This document shows positions 26,836-38,142 of a stretch of 64,000 nt of DNA, piece after piece. Origin of the DNA: Chiloscyllium plagiosum. Its lineage: Eukaryota. Position 1 is the stretch's first letter; every line of letters starts with the position of its first letter. The stretch covers positions 47,559,556 to 47,623,555 of the forward strand of contig NC_057718.1 in assembly GCF_004010195.1 (NCBI RefSeq), written 5' to 3'. The notes under the pieces are model-generated. The model searched no databases and was not told the DNA's origin. It saw only the letters and a program-made list of their open reading frames with translations. The position numbers were made by a program, and so were the translations under genes.

Positions 26836-29412
26836 GTTCTGAAGCAGGATCCTAATCTTTAGCAAAAGATTATAGTGTCGTGCAGCTGAAATGATATATT
26901 GAACAAATGTAGATTTAAGTCTTTCATCTTTTAGAATGGATTTGCTATGTAAATCACAGAACTTCTTTTAAGTCACATTCTCAAGATAACTTCAGATTTT
27001 ATAACAAAAGGTTCCATCTCAGCTCAGACAATGTATTAAAGTTATGAAGTTAAAGTGTGTTTGTATCCCAATCTTGAGTCAGACTGGTTCTATTTCTTAA
27101 GTGGAATTTACAAGATAATATATGGATTGACTGCCTGTAGGCTATGCATTTTTTGAGTAAAATAGAATATATTTGCAGAATTATATTTGCATATACAAAT
27201 TCACCACATAAACGTGTGCGCACGTGGAGAAAGAGAGACAAAGTGAGTGTGTGCGTAAGTGCATGTGAGAGAGTGCGCGCGCCAGCTTGGTAAAGTATAT
27301 GCGTGACAGTGATGGGGTATAAGCCTGTGAGATGGTGCATGCATAGGTGAGAGTGTAGGGGGTGTAATGTGTGTGCAATGAGAGAGGGCCTGCATGAGTG
27401 TGACAATATGTAACAGTGTGTGTGAGTGAGTGAGTGAGAGTGTGTGTGTGTATAGTGCAGTGGGGTCACCTGAAGTGTGACATGAACCCAAGGTCGTGGC
27501 ACATGAACACGACGCAGTTTATCGGCTCCAGGAAAGTACTGGACAACAAAGGGTTCCCTGTTGGTTGCATCCAGTGTCTGTCTCCTGAGGAGGTCATTAT
27601 GGTTTCTTGCTGTGGCGTGTCAGAACTGGCGACTGATGAGTTGAGTATTGTACCCTGTTCTTATGAGGGCATCCTTCACCACCTTCAGGTGTCCGTTGCA
27701 TTCGTCCTCATATGAACAGATCCTGTGTATTCATCGGGCTTGTCTGTTGGGGTTGGCTGTTTAAATAAGTTTAGGGTGGAGGCTTGAGAAGTGTAGCATT
27801 GTGAGGTTATCCGTGCGTTTGCGGTCGAGTAAGGTGCTGAGGTGCCCATCCTTGATGGATGATGCGTGTGTCCAAGAATGAGACAGATACTAAAAGAGTA
27901 GTCCATGGTAAGTCTGATGGTGGGATGAAACTCATTAATATCATTGTTTAGTTGTTTCAGTGACACCTTGCCATGGGTCCAGGAGGAAAATGTTCTCAAA
28001 ATTTCTGGTGTATAGGTTGGTTGGAGGTCCTGTGCAGAAAAGAAATCTTGTTCGAACCTGTGCATGAAAATATTGACATAGTGGAGTGCAAATTTGGCCC
28101 CCATGGCTGTTCTGTGTGTCTAATGAAGAACTGGTTGTCAAAGGTGAAAACGTTGTTGGATAGGATGAAGTGGATGAGTTGTTGAATGGTGCTTGGAGAT
28201 AGGCAGTTGTTGGTATTGAATAGAGGCTGTTGCCATGATGCTGTCATCGTGGGGGATGCTGGTGTGGAGTGCTGAAACGTCCATTATGACGAAGAATGTT
28301 CCCATTTCGACTGGTCGGTGGATGTTGAGTTTCTTCAAGAAATCGGTAGTGTCGCGATAGTGGGGGTTCCGCGTACAATGGGTTTCAAGATGCCTTTGAC
28401 ATAGCCAGAGAGGTTTTCGCACAGGGTCCTGATGCCTGGTATGATGGGACATCCTGGCGTATTGGCTTTGTGTATCCTCAGATGCCATTAGAAGTCCCCT
28501 ACCCGAGAAGTACGTGGGATGAGAGTGCGCAGAGAACTCTGAAGGACTGGATCAAATGTCTTGATCAATGTGTTTCGTTCATGGGTGTGTTTTTTGGTTG
28601 GTGGTTGCCTGTAGTGTTCCTGGTTGTTCAGTTGTCGGTACGCCTCCTTGCAGTAAACTGTTCTATTCTAAATGACAATGGCTCCTCCTTTATCTGCTGG
28701 TTTAATGCCAAAGTTGCGATTGGTTTTGAGAGCATGGATGACATTGTGTTGTGATCAGGTGATGTTTTACTTTACCTTGTGGGTGCGGCTGATGAATCTT
28801 GCATTTACACATTTCCCGACTCTGAGCACATGTCAAGTCCAGGGTAGTGGACCTTTGGTGAGGTCCAAATCGACGGCTCTTTTTGATTGCACCTCTACGG
28901 ATCTCTGTGATGATTATTCTGGTTCGTCGGTTGGCTCATTGGGATCACTGTTGTCATCTTGAAACAGATATACTCACTGTCTCTTTCTCCTGCATGCACA
29001 CACAAATATAATTTTATGGGGTGAATTTATACTTGTAGAATTATTTCTGAATATACATTCTATTTTGCTCAAAAAATGCACAACAGGCAGTCAATCCATA
29101 TAATATCTTGTAAACTCCACTTCAGAAATAGAACCAGTCTGACTCAGGATTGGGATACAGACAGACTTTAACCTCACACCTTTAATACATTGTGAACCGA
29201 GATGGCACCTTTTGTTATAAAACCTGAAGTTATCTTTAGAATGTGACTTAAAAGTAGTTCTGGGATTTACATACTAAAGAACTGAAAATAGCAAACCCAT
29301 TCGAAATGATGAACGACTTAATAGCAATCTACAAATGTTCAATATATCATTTCAGCTGCATGAAACTGTAAACGTTTGCTAAAAATTCTGTCTTATAATC
29401 CTGCTTCAGAAC

Positions 29413-29447
29413 CACCTGATGAAGGAGCAGCGCTTTGAGAGCTAGTG
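29413..29447 (+). ncRNA. Degenerate hammerhead motif (GAAA changed to GAGA) in the right PLE repeat
   Basis: CAC-CUGAUGA-A-GGAGC-agc-GCUUU-GAGA-GCUA-GUG. Confidence 0.55.
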
Positions 29448-29751
29448 CCGCCAAATAAACCTGTTGGACTATGACCTGGTGTTGAGAGATTTTTTAACTT
29501 TGCCCAGCCCAGTCCAACACCAGTTCCTCCAAATCATATTTAACTTTTAATATACTCTGCTCCCTACTCCTGATACATAATATATGTTAGTACTAGTTAG
29601 AGATCCATGGAAAAAGTGCAAACAGATGCAAATGCAACTCAACTTTGACTTGCTCTTTAAAAAAAAAGTATTTATATTGCAACTTCAGAAAAGCACCCTG
29701 TTCTATGCTACCCAAGACAACTACATCTGAAGAAGAATCCCTAATTATGTA

Positions 29752-29957
29752 CAGGTCATTTTGCTATTATATGTGTTCCATAACGTGCATTCACTATAAC
29801 GCGATTAATGAATTTCTGAAATACGGTCTTTTAAAATACATGTTGGCTGTAACGCGATTACATCACCAACACTTTAAGTACTGTTTCTAAAGTGCAATTT
29901 TTCTGTATTGCAGGGTTGCACAAAAACACAACTATCACTTCATGGAAGAACTACCTG
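29752..29957. mobile_element. MITE (Tc1/mariner-pogo type), older copy
   Basis: ta|caggtc...actacctg|ca termini; right end homologous to the left end of 47619-48005. Confidence 0.65.
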
Positions 29958-29961
29958 CATA

Positions 29962-30066
29962 ATAAAAACATGTTGGAGAAAACTCAGCAGTCTGACAGTA
30001 TCTGTGGAGAGAGAGAGAGAGAGAGACAGAGTTAATGTTTTGAGTCTGAAATGACTGCTTCAGAAC
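29962..30066 (-). mobile_element. Decayed Penelope-type terminal-repeat fragment with an internal (GA)n expansion
   Basis: Homologous to 21486-21581; minus strand ctgaagcagtcatttcagactcaaaacattaactctg. Confidence 0.5.
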
Positions 30067-30733
30067 TTTATGATATGCAGTTTGTAGCCAAATAGGAACT
30101 GGGTAAAGAATGCCCAATCTAATTTCATAGAGGAGCACTGTAGTCAGCAGACAGTTTCTCACATCTCACCCGCGGCACATGAATGAATAGACACTGATAA
30201 TCTACAATGTAATCCTATTTCTCTACTTAAGAAATGAAAGTCTAGGACTGGATATCTGAACTTTTACACTTTAGTACAACTATGAGAGATTCATATGGCT
30301 CAATCAGAAACTGTGTAAAACTTTTCATTAAAATATAATAACTAATAATGGTGAGATCCAAATACAAATATTATGTAGACTTTATTGAATGTTGCTCAAA
30401 ACCTCAAATAAGTTGTCTTATTACAAAAGAGCTTCATACTCCCATAGGTTTACAGAATGGAATGGTTCTCTGGCACAGCATCAGAAAGACTAGTTGAAGA
30501 GAAAAAACATACAATATTTTATCCTTGAATTTCTAATGTTTGCTGTGTATGCATAACTCACTCCCTTTCTTGTTACTTGAGGTCTGTAGCATTGTGAGAA
30601 GCACATATAAAATAGGAAAAATCTATATTTAAATAGCTGACTAATTTTCAATGTGCAGCACAATCAAAAGTTTTTTTCAAGTCATAATTTCACCACTCAA
30701 TTATTTTCACTCTGGTCACAAATGATAAATTCA

Positions 30734-30739
30734 TTTATT
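30734..30739 (-). promoter_or_regulatory. Candidate polyadenylation signal AATAAA for PPP2R5A (a second candidate at 30381-30386)
   Basis: Hexamer about 260 nt downstream of the stop codon; the region is AT-rich, so a chance match is likely. Confidence 0.25.
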
Positions 30740-30997
30740 CTCTGAATTCTAAAAAGTGACGTAATAAATTCATGATCAGACAAAGTTACAAATATCATGT
30801 GGTCACACAGTAATGTTCAAAGTTCAGGTTCTTTCCTTTTGACATAATTTACATATCATCAAAAAAAGTTGGTCTTTTTTGGAAGTATACTGCTGAAGGT
30901 TTTCCTTGTGTATGCATTTTTCCCACACATACTCCAAAATATGTATGAAATGCTCCATCATTATAGCCTGTAACTGTACACCAACTGTTGATTCCGG

Positions 30998-31145
30998 TTA
31001 TTTGGCACTTGATTTACTGCTTTGAGCATTTTCCACATTGTGGGTATTGATCTGCAAGCTGCCAGAAAGCGCCTGGCTTCTCTGGAGCTGCAACTCTTCA
31101 AGATTCTTCCAAAGCTCTTCACGCTCCTGTTCTTTTTTCTTTTCG
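30998..31145 (-). CDS. PPP2R5A: PP2A B56-alpha last coding exon (R)EKKKEQEREELWKNLEELQLQRSQALSGSLQINTHNVENAQSSKSSAK*
   Basis: ttgcag acceptor, 148 bp to TAA, in phase; EREELWK motif of B56 proteins. Confidence 0.92.
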
Positions 31146-31644
31146 CTGCAAGACGAAACAGTAATTTACGACTGATTAGAACAATATAGGACCAGTATTA
31201 TACAGTGGTTACTAATGGAGTGTTAAATATTAAAAACTGAACTTTCTGAATTAATCTTTAATTGCAGCAATTGGACAGTAACATATTTATGGAGTTATTA
31301 AATTTATTTTTCATAAATAATCACCATTGGCTCAATAGCCATAAAAAAGTCCTTGATTTTTAAAAATATTGTCAAAAGTACAATTATCATAAATTTTGTT
31401 ACACAAATATTTGTCAGCTCCAAAAATGGATCATTTTAAAACCTTTGCTCTAAATCAGCTCATGTCAATTTACAAGCCAGTGTACAACAAATTTTGCAAC
31501 TTGCCACTTACATGATTAAAGGAACTGTGGTTAACTTGCAGTGCATTTGTATAATGCTAGAAAAGCAGATTCAAATATTTATTGGTGCTATGCTAATGTG
31601 GAACACTGAAATGTTGGGGGATACTATGCATAACAGCATATAAA

Positions 31645-31812
31645 AGGGGCAACTTTTTCACGCAGAGGGTAGTACGTGTATGGAATGAACTGCTAGAGGA
31701 AATGTTTGGAGGGATATGGGCCAAATGGGGCTAGATTAATTTAGGATATCTGGTCGGCATGGACAAGTTGGACCAAACAGTCTGTTTCCATGCTGTACAT
31801 CTCGCTGACTCT
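31645..31812 (+). mobile_element. CR1 3' tail fragment
   Basis: cacgcagagggtagtacgtgtatggaatga...ctgtttccatgctgtacatctc, matching 5330-5547. Confidence 0.85.
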
Positions 31813-34800
31813 TTAATCAGGATTTTTAGTTTAGCTTTCAATAGCTGTTGAGGTTGTGAAAGCTGCTACATTTCTCTCTCTTTGCTACAGCTAAAAGTTT
31901 GGGTTCTCTTGCTGCTAGAATTACATGCAAGATAATCTATTTTACTGAATTTGCCTTTGCCAAGGATGTGTTTATTGGATATTAATATATTGAAGCAGTT
32001 AATGAGTCGTTTATTATTTTGTTAATAAATGACTCAGAGTTACAGTTATGAGTCTGTAACTCTATGAGTCGTTACTCAGAGTTACAGTTAAGCCAATTAT
32101 TTTTGTTTTTATTTTGTTTAGCCCTGACAGAACAAAAAGAAAAGGATAACCCTTCAAGATGAAAGGGAGAAAGAAAGAGAAAAAAAGGGAGAGAAAGAGT
32201 GTTTTTGAACCTTTAGAACTGAAAACTCGAAGTTGATTTCAAATGGCTCAGGTAGGGATAAAGGTAGGAATAGTGATGAGCACAGTGATGGTGAGCAATT
32301 CCATCGTAGTGAAAGGCCTGGTGGGAATCTGTTTTAATATGTCCAAGTGTTGCCTCAGTTCGATGAGAAAGAATGCAGAAGCCTTTCTCATTTCATTTGA
32401 GAAAGTGGCTAAACACGTAAAATGGCCAGTGACTATGTGGGTATTGTTGATCCAAACAAAGATAGTAGGTAGCACTAGTGAGGTATTTGCATCACTAACT
32501 GGGAGTATGAGGAGGTGAAAAACACCATCTTGAGTACATACAAGTTAATACTAGAAGCCTACAGATATTTTAAGAATCTAAGAAGTGAACCTGGTCAAAC
32601 ATACATGGAGTTTGAAGGGATCAAACAAAGTAACTTCAATAGGTGGTAAGGACACTGAAGATATATCAAACATACAATGCTCTTAGATGATTATTTTGGA
32701 GGAGTACAAAAATTTACTTTTTGAAGGAGGGAGAAATTGTGCAAGAGCACAGAGTTAAGACTGCAAGATTAGCAGTGGAATCGGCAGATAATTATCAGTT
32801 GGCTCATAAATCAAAGTTTGGCTTCTGAAATCAATTTCAATCAGTGAGGGATAGAAAGAGGAACAGAGAAATCTTCAGGTAGAATGGAAAAGGAGATCTC
32901 ATTGAAGATGGTAAAGACAGTTTGTCACAGGGTAAAAAGGAAATCCACGAGGGGGAAAAGAGAATTAAAAAAGTTCAGTGTTTTCACTGCAATAAAGTAG
33001 GCCATATAAAGTTGTGTGTTAGGGGTTTAGAAAAAGCACTGGGAAGAAGCATGTGGGAAAACAGGATAAGCCAGTGAATTTTGAAGTAGTAAAGGAAAGT
33101 ATGATGGAAGCTAAAAAGCTGCAAAAGAATGTACAACCTGATCAGGAGTTGGTTGAGAAGCAATTACTAGATCTCTTTAAGGAATTTAGTTCCATGGGAA
33201 ATGTTTACTCATGTGTACTCAGAGAAGTAAGTAAAGAAATTAAAATTTTAAGAGATACAAGAGCAAGTCAATCTTTGATGGTGAGAGTTTAGGAGATTCC
33301 TAATTCAGAAGGCATATTGCCAGAAAAGGCAGCATGGAACTCATGATGGGAAGATCAATGGTCCATAAAGTGAGGTTGGAGAGTCCGGTGAACAGTGGTG
33401 AAGTTGTGGTAGGAGTAATAGAGAAATTCTCGGTTCTAGAAATGCAGTTTATCTTTAATAATGATATAGCTAGATGACAGGTGGGAATGATGCCTACTGT
33501 AGTTGAAAAGCCTGTGGAAAATCAGGCAACTGAGATGTTACAGGAAGTATATCTTAGGATTTTTCCTGACTGCATGGTAATAAGGCCACAAAGTCACAGG
33601 CTGAAGCAGGAAATTAAGGAGTAAAGATAAGGAAGTTGAAACTATGTTTGATCAAATGGTTGAGAAAAAAAGAACAGGTGGAGGACAAAATGAATATTTT
33701 AAGTTCAGAGAAATTAGCTGAATTACAACAGAAAGATGAAAAACGAAAGCAGTTTATCGAAAAGAATACAAAGAAAAATCTCTGTATACCCCAGAAAGTT
33801 ACGATCTTAAACATGAAGTCTGAGGAAATTTGGTATCAAAAATGTGCCAGCCATATTTCAAAGACTAACCAGTAAGGTCATTTTGGAATTACCCAATTGT
33901 GTGATATACATCAATGATCTGGTGATTTTTAGTCACACATAGAAGGAATACTTGGAGCATCTACCCGAATTGTTCAATCGACTTCAGCAGGTGGGCTTGG
34001 TGATAAACCTGGCCAAAAGTGAGCTTGCAAAAGTCCAATCTTGTTCCTGGGCCATGTCATTGGACATGGACAAATGGCCCCATGGGATGTCAAAACTAAG
34101 GTTACTGGGGAGTTTCCTATACCATCAATAAAGAGGGAAGTACCACGATTCCTGGGACTGCATGGCTTTTAATCAGAAGTTCGTATTGAATTTTAGCAGT
34201 GTGGTTGCTCCACTGACTGACTTGTTGAAGTAGTACTGAACATTTCATTGGATTGAGGAATGACAGAAGACACTTGGCAGCCTGTAAACTGTGTGACCCA
34301 CTGTCTCTGTGTTAGCCACACCTAACTGCACAAAGCCATTCAAGGTGGCTATTGATGCAAGTGATGTGGGTGTCGATGCTGTACTCTTGGAAGATGACAA
34401 CGAGAAGATAAAAAGCTCTATTGGGTATTTTTCCAGAAAATTGATTAATTATCAGCAGAAATATTCCACAATAGAGAAAGAGACCTTATATGGGCCAAGA
34501 GCTGGCAAACGGGACGAAATTAATTTAGAATATCTGATCGGCATGGACGAGTTGGACCGAGAGGTCTGTTTCTGTGCTGTACATCTCCATGACTTGGTGT
34601 TGGTTTTGCAATATTTATATTGCCAGTAATGTATCTGAAATAACTGATTATACTGAGCATAACGCTTAAAATTTTTGAAATATTTAAGGATAAAAATACC
34701 AGACTGTTTATTGCAGCTGTTCAATTTGAAAATTATACGTGTGACAGAATGAGGAAACGTAATGGCCTACACCTGAAACTACTTTGAAGGAAGATGGAGG

Positions 34801-34965
34801 CATTTGATGGCGGGAAAAAAAAAAGACTGAAGTGGCATACAGTAGTGAATGTTTGCATTCTTTGAATCAATGTAGTGTAAATGTATTGCATGAACAGCAT
34901 AAATTAAAGGTTTTTAAAAATGAAGCTATCTTAATGTGTTGATTTTCTTGGTGTGGTCCATAACA
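31813..34965 (+). mobile_element. Decayed, internally deleted gypsy LTR retrotransposon, probably Gmr1-like
   Basis: gag ISFEKVAKHVKWPVTMWVLLIQTK; zinc knuckle CFHCNKVGH (32979); protease ILRDTRASQSL; RT remnant YINDLVIFSHT; RNase H KPFKVAIDASDVG...YSTIEKE; LTR-like 31813-32120 similar to 63527-63830; ends ...ccataaca. Confidence 0.85.
34487..34594 (+). mobile_element. CR1 3' tail inserted into the gypsy RNase H region
   Basis: tatgggccaagagctggcaaacgggac...ctgtacatctccatgact interrupts IEKETL...LVL. Confidence 0.85.
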
Positions 34966-35253
34966 GTATGCATATTGCAAGAAGATAAATGTACTTCCAC
35001 AAGATACACAGAGCAAGATTCTGCTGCCCACTACACTATTGAAACAGGATGAAAAGAGACAAGGTTCATTGCCCTTTGTCAATCACAAAGATGAAAAACT
35101 GAGTAGGTAATGCTAATGAGTTACAGCTGACTATACCTACAAACAATAAAACTGTTAGTTTCTCCACATTTCAAACTGTATTTTTTTATAAGCAACTTAT
35201 TAAATACTTGAAAGAGGAAAATATAAAACAAAAATTGAAAGATTATTGCATAC

Positions 35254-35355
35254 CGTTGTCTTTCTGCTTTGTAAGATGCTGTAAGTTCATCAAACAGTGA
35301 CCCATTCATCTCCATTAATGTTTTTAGTACGTTATAAACGAGTGCTACAATGGTT
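35254..35355 (-). CDS. PPP2R5A: PPP2R5A exon (P)[33 protein letters not shown](R)
   Basis: ttccag acceptor, gtatgc donor; 102 bp, in phase. Confidence 0.96.
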
Positions 35356-35959
35356 CTGGAAAACAAGTTTGCATTCACTTAAATGTACAGCAAGATTACA
35401 ATTGCAGAAGTATTTACAAAATCATGAAACATGAAACAGATAATGTAAGCAAACTGAAAACATTTGTGATGTAATAGTACAATTGAAAATGAAAATCAAT
35501 ATTTGACCCAAAACACAAAACTGTAGATGAATTCAAACTAGCAAAGGACAAATTAGCAATGATATCAAGAAAACTTCCTTCACAAAAATGCTTAACATAC
35601 ATACTGGCATTCCAGACAGAGCAATGGAACACCATGAAATTAGTAAACAGTTGGAGCTGTGATGGTCTGATTGGATACTTCATAACAGATAACGTTAACT
35701 TGGCCAGAATGGCATCCTCTACCCAGAGATATTAAACAAAAGTATTAACTTAAAAGATTCTATTCGGTTGGATAGAATATTTGACATGAGTAAGGATGTC
35801 AAGATCAAAAGGCATGCGTAGGAGCAAGAAGTGAGTTGAATTTTTTCACTATTTATTTTCACAAAGAATAGTATCCCTCAAACAGATTAGAACATGTGTA
35901 GTATACAAAAGGGAGATATCCTGAAGCACCTCACTGTCAATTAATTATTTTTGAAGTCT

Positions 35960-36250
35960 AGTCATGTTATACTGCAGGAACTGAAACATATCAGTCAACT
36001 TGTGTACAAGTGACCACAAACAGCAAGGTGATAATGACCAGCGAATCAGTTTTTCTGTGATGTTGATGGTGGCATAAATAATGACCAAGACACTGGGCAT
36101 ATCTTCCCTGCTTTTTAAAATAATGTCATCAATCTTTTGCATTTAGCTGAAAAATGGGATCCTTTAATTGTTCAACCAAAATTCAGCACTTCGGACAGTA
36201 CAGCAGTCTCTCAGTACTACACTGGAAAGCCAGCTCTGATTTTCATGCAA
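35960..36250 (-). mobile_element. Old Deu-domain-type SINE
   Basis: Minus strand cagtgtagtactgagagactgctgtactgtccgaagtgc resembles the DeuSINE core; related copy on + at about 46300-46640. Confidence 0.5.
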
Positions 36251-36506
36251 AACTAACAATTGAGACTGTTTTAAACAGATATTCAGGACAGGTAACAATA
36301 ATATAAAGCAACCTCAAAAACATAAGGATGAAAAATTGTCATCTTGTAACTATTACCTGTAAGACCAATATTGAAAAACTGATGTAAAAACACTGCAGGA
36401 GAGTACACAAAAACATTAGCCTGAATCATCTGATAAAGTGAGCAGTGAATATCTGAAGTGCTAGGTTTGTTCAACTGTAAATAAACCTTAAATTATAAAA
36501 ACTTAC

Positions 36507-36634
36507 GGGTTCCAGTGTTCCTTGGAGATTCTGTATAAACTACCAAACATAATTGGTAGAATTTTCTCAGAATTATCTTCTATTAGACTAAGTATGTACT
36601 CATTATTCCAGAAATACAAAGCTCTTTCTGCGAC
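36507..36634 (-). CDS. PPP2R5A: PPP2R5A exon [42 protein letters not shown](P)
   Basis: ccatag acceptor, gtaagt donor; 128 bp; VAERAL.WNNEY hallmark of B56. Confidence 0.97.
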
Positions 36635-37695
36635 CTATGGAGAAAAATAATATTTGAAAATGCTCACTTTAAAATAAATATTCAAGATTGTTTACTGTAT
36701 GTGCAAGCATTGATTTCCTGAACAAATGTTTTCATCATGCCTTAAAGGACCCCATGATCAGATGCATGTAAAAGGATGGAAAAGAAGAAGTACATCATTA
36801 AAATGTCTCCTTCCTTTTGGATTTGAAACTGCAACAAGTACAAGGAGAATAATCACCTTTATTTTATCTTCCTTCCCAATATAAATTTAACTAATTTTCA
36901 GAATCATCATCAGTAATTGATATTTCCCATTCCAACCATAATTTAGATGCTTTCAGAAAAAGAGGTGCTTGCAACTTCCACTTTGATTGCTGAATTGTCA
37001 TTTTGTTCTATTTTGACCATGAAGACCATCACAGTGAGCATGCAATAGTAATGACCAAAAAAAAACAAAAGAAAGGAAAAGACCCTCACTTTTCATGTTT
37101 TCCACTTGTATGCATGTAAGGAACACATCCAGCGAAGGTTATGGAAGTATTGTGAACAGTAATTTTTTTTTCTGTTCAGCCTCAACAGTGTTCTAATTTT
37201 GATCCCAACTTACTAGCATGCACTTTTCCCACAGTAAGCAAAATGATGCCTTTTTCAAGTAAACCTGTGCTAAACTGCAAACAGGATTGTAGCAGGATCC
37301 AGTGCTATTAAGAGTCTGATTAGCAAAATAAAATTAATCTTTACAGCCAGCAGCAAGAGATGTTTAGTCTATGGCACTTTTTTAGACATCTGCACAGAAC
37401 AACTGTAAGTCAATATAGTGGCCATATTGTGTTGGAAGTACTCCTGCTTCTGCTGATTTTGGAACAGTTTTCCCTGAAAATTTTCTTTCGGTCTTTTCTT
37501 TGACATTCACCAGTGTTCACTGGATGGTCTGCTCAACACCTGGAGTAAATAAGTGACAGGTGCTATACATATGTTCAATTAGTACTCCATAGCTGGAGTA
37601 GGAACCAGTTTGCATACTTAAACAGTCTCCCTCCATAAACAGGAGAGCATGCCTATTAGTAATGCACTTACAGGTAGCAATATTTTCTAATCAAG

Positions 37696-37834
37696 ATTTT
37701 GGATAAGATTTGTAGCTCAGGTTGTAGGTTTGTTCTCAGACGTTACATCACCACGCTAGATGGCATGTTAATTAGCATGGTGTTGGAACGGCTGAGAATA
37801 AACCCATCAGCTCAGTGAGTAAACCTACAACCTG
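37696..37834. mobile_element. Fold-back mini retroelement (second Penelope-type family) with a 14-bp TSD
   Basis: TSD attttctaatcaag (37682-37695) / attttctagtcaag (37835-37848); perfect 15-bp inverted repeat 37717-37731 / 37821-37835. Confidence 0.7.
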
Positions 37835-37847
37835 ATTTTCTAGTCAA

Positions 37848-38142
37848 GCTGTTCAGAGACATTAAGACACACATTTGGAGCAGGTGGGACTTGAATCCAG
37901 GCCTCCTGGGCCATGGGGTGGACACTACCACTGCACCCTAAGAATCCCTTTAAAGAGAAAGGGGAATATCCTATCTAATAGGGTCTGAAAAAATGCTCAA
38001 GACCAAAAGCAATGAGGGAACAGGTAGTGGATTTAAATATTTTAATCAGCCTGTTCAGACACACCTCTTTGAGCAGGTGGCACTTGAACCAAGGTCGTCT
38101 AGTCCAGAGATGGGAACACTATCACTGCACCACAATAGCCCC
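37848..38142 (-). mobile_element. Two nearby copies of a short tRNA-head SINE (about 37848-37950 and 38050-38142)
   Basis: Both contain gagcaggtgg.acttgaa.c...cacta.cactgcacc (B- and A-box-like on the minus strand). Confidence 0.55.

Larger units (their letters stand above)
26762..29534. mobile_element. Penelope-like element: decayed RT on - strand (about 27500-28960) between inverted ~500-bp terminal repeats (26762-~27250 and ~28968-29534), with a 15-bp TSD
   Basis: RT motifs RDTTDFLKKL, IMDVSALHTSIPH, FILSNNVFTFDNQFF, MGAKFA; TSD catgtttaactttta (26747-26761) / catatttaactttta (29535-29549). Confidence 0.85.

Noticed and set aside
27050..27502. 150-aa His/Thr-rich ORF
   Set aside because: Translation of CA-rich sequence in the Penelope 3' region.
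26762..29534. DNA transposon or DIRS element suggested by the long inverted termini
   Set aside because: The internal ORF is a Penelope-type RT with no transposase or tyrosine recombinase, and the 15-bp TSD fits target-primed insertion.
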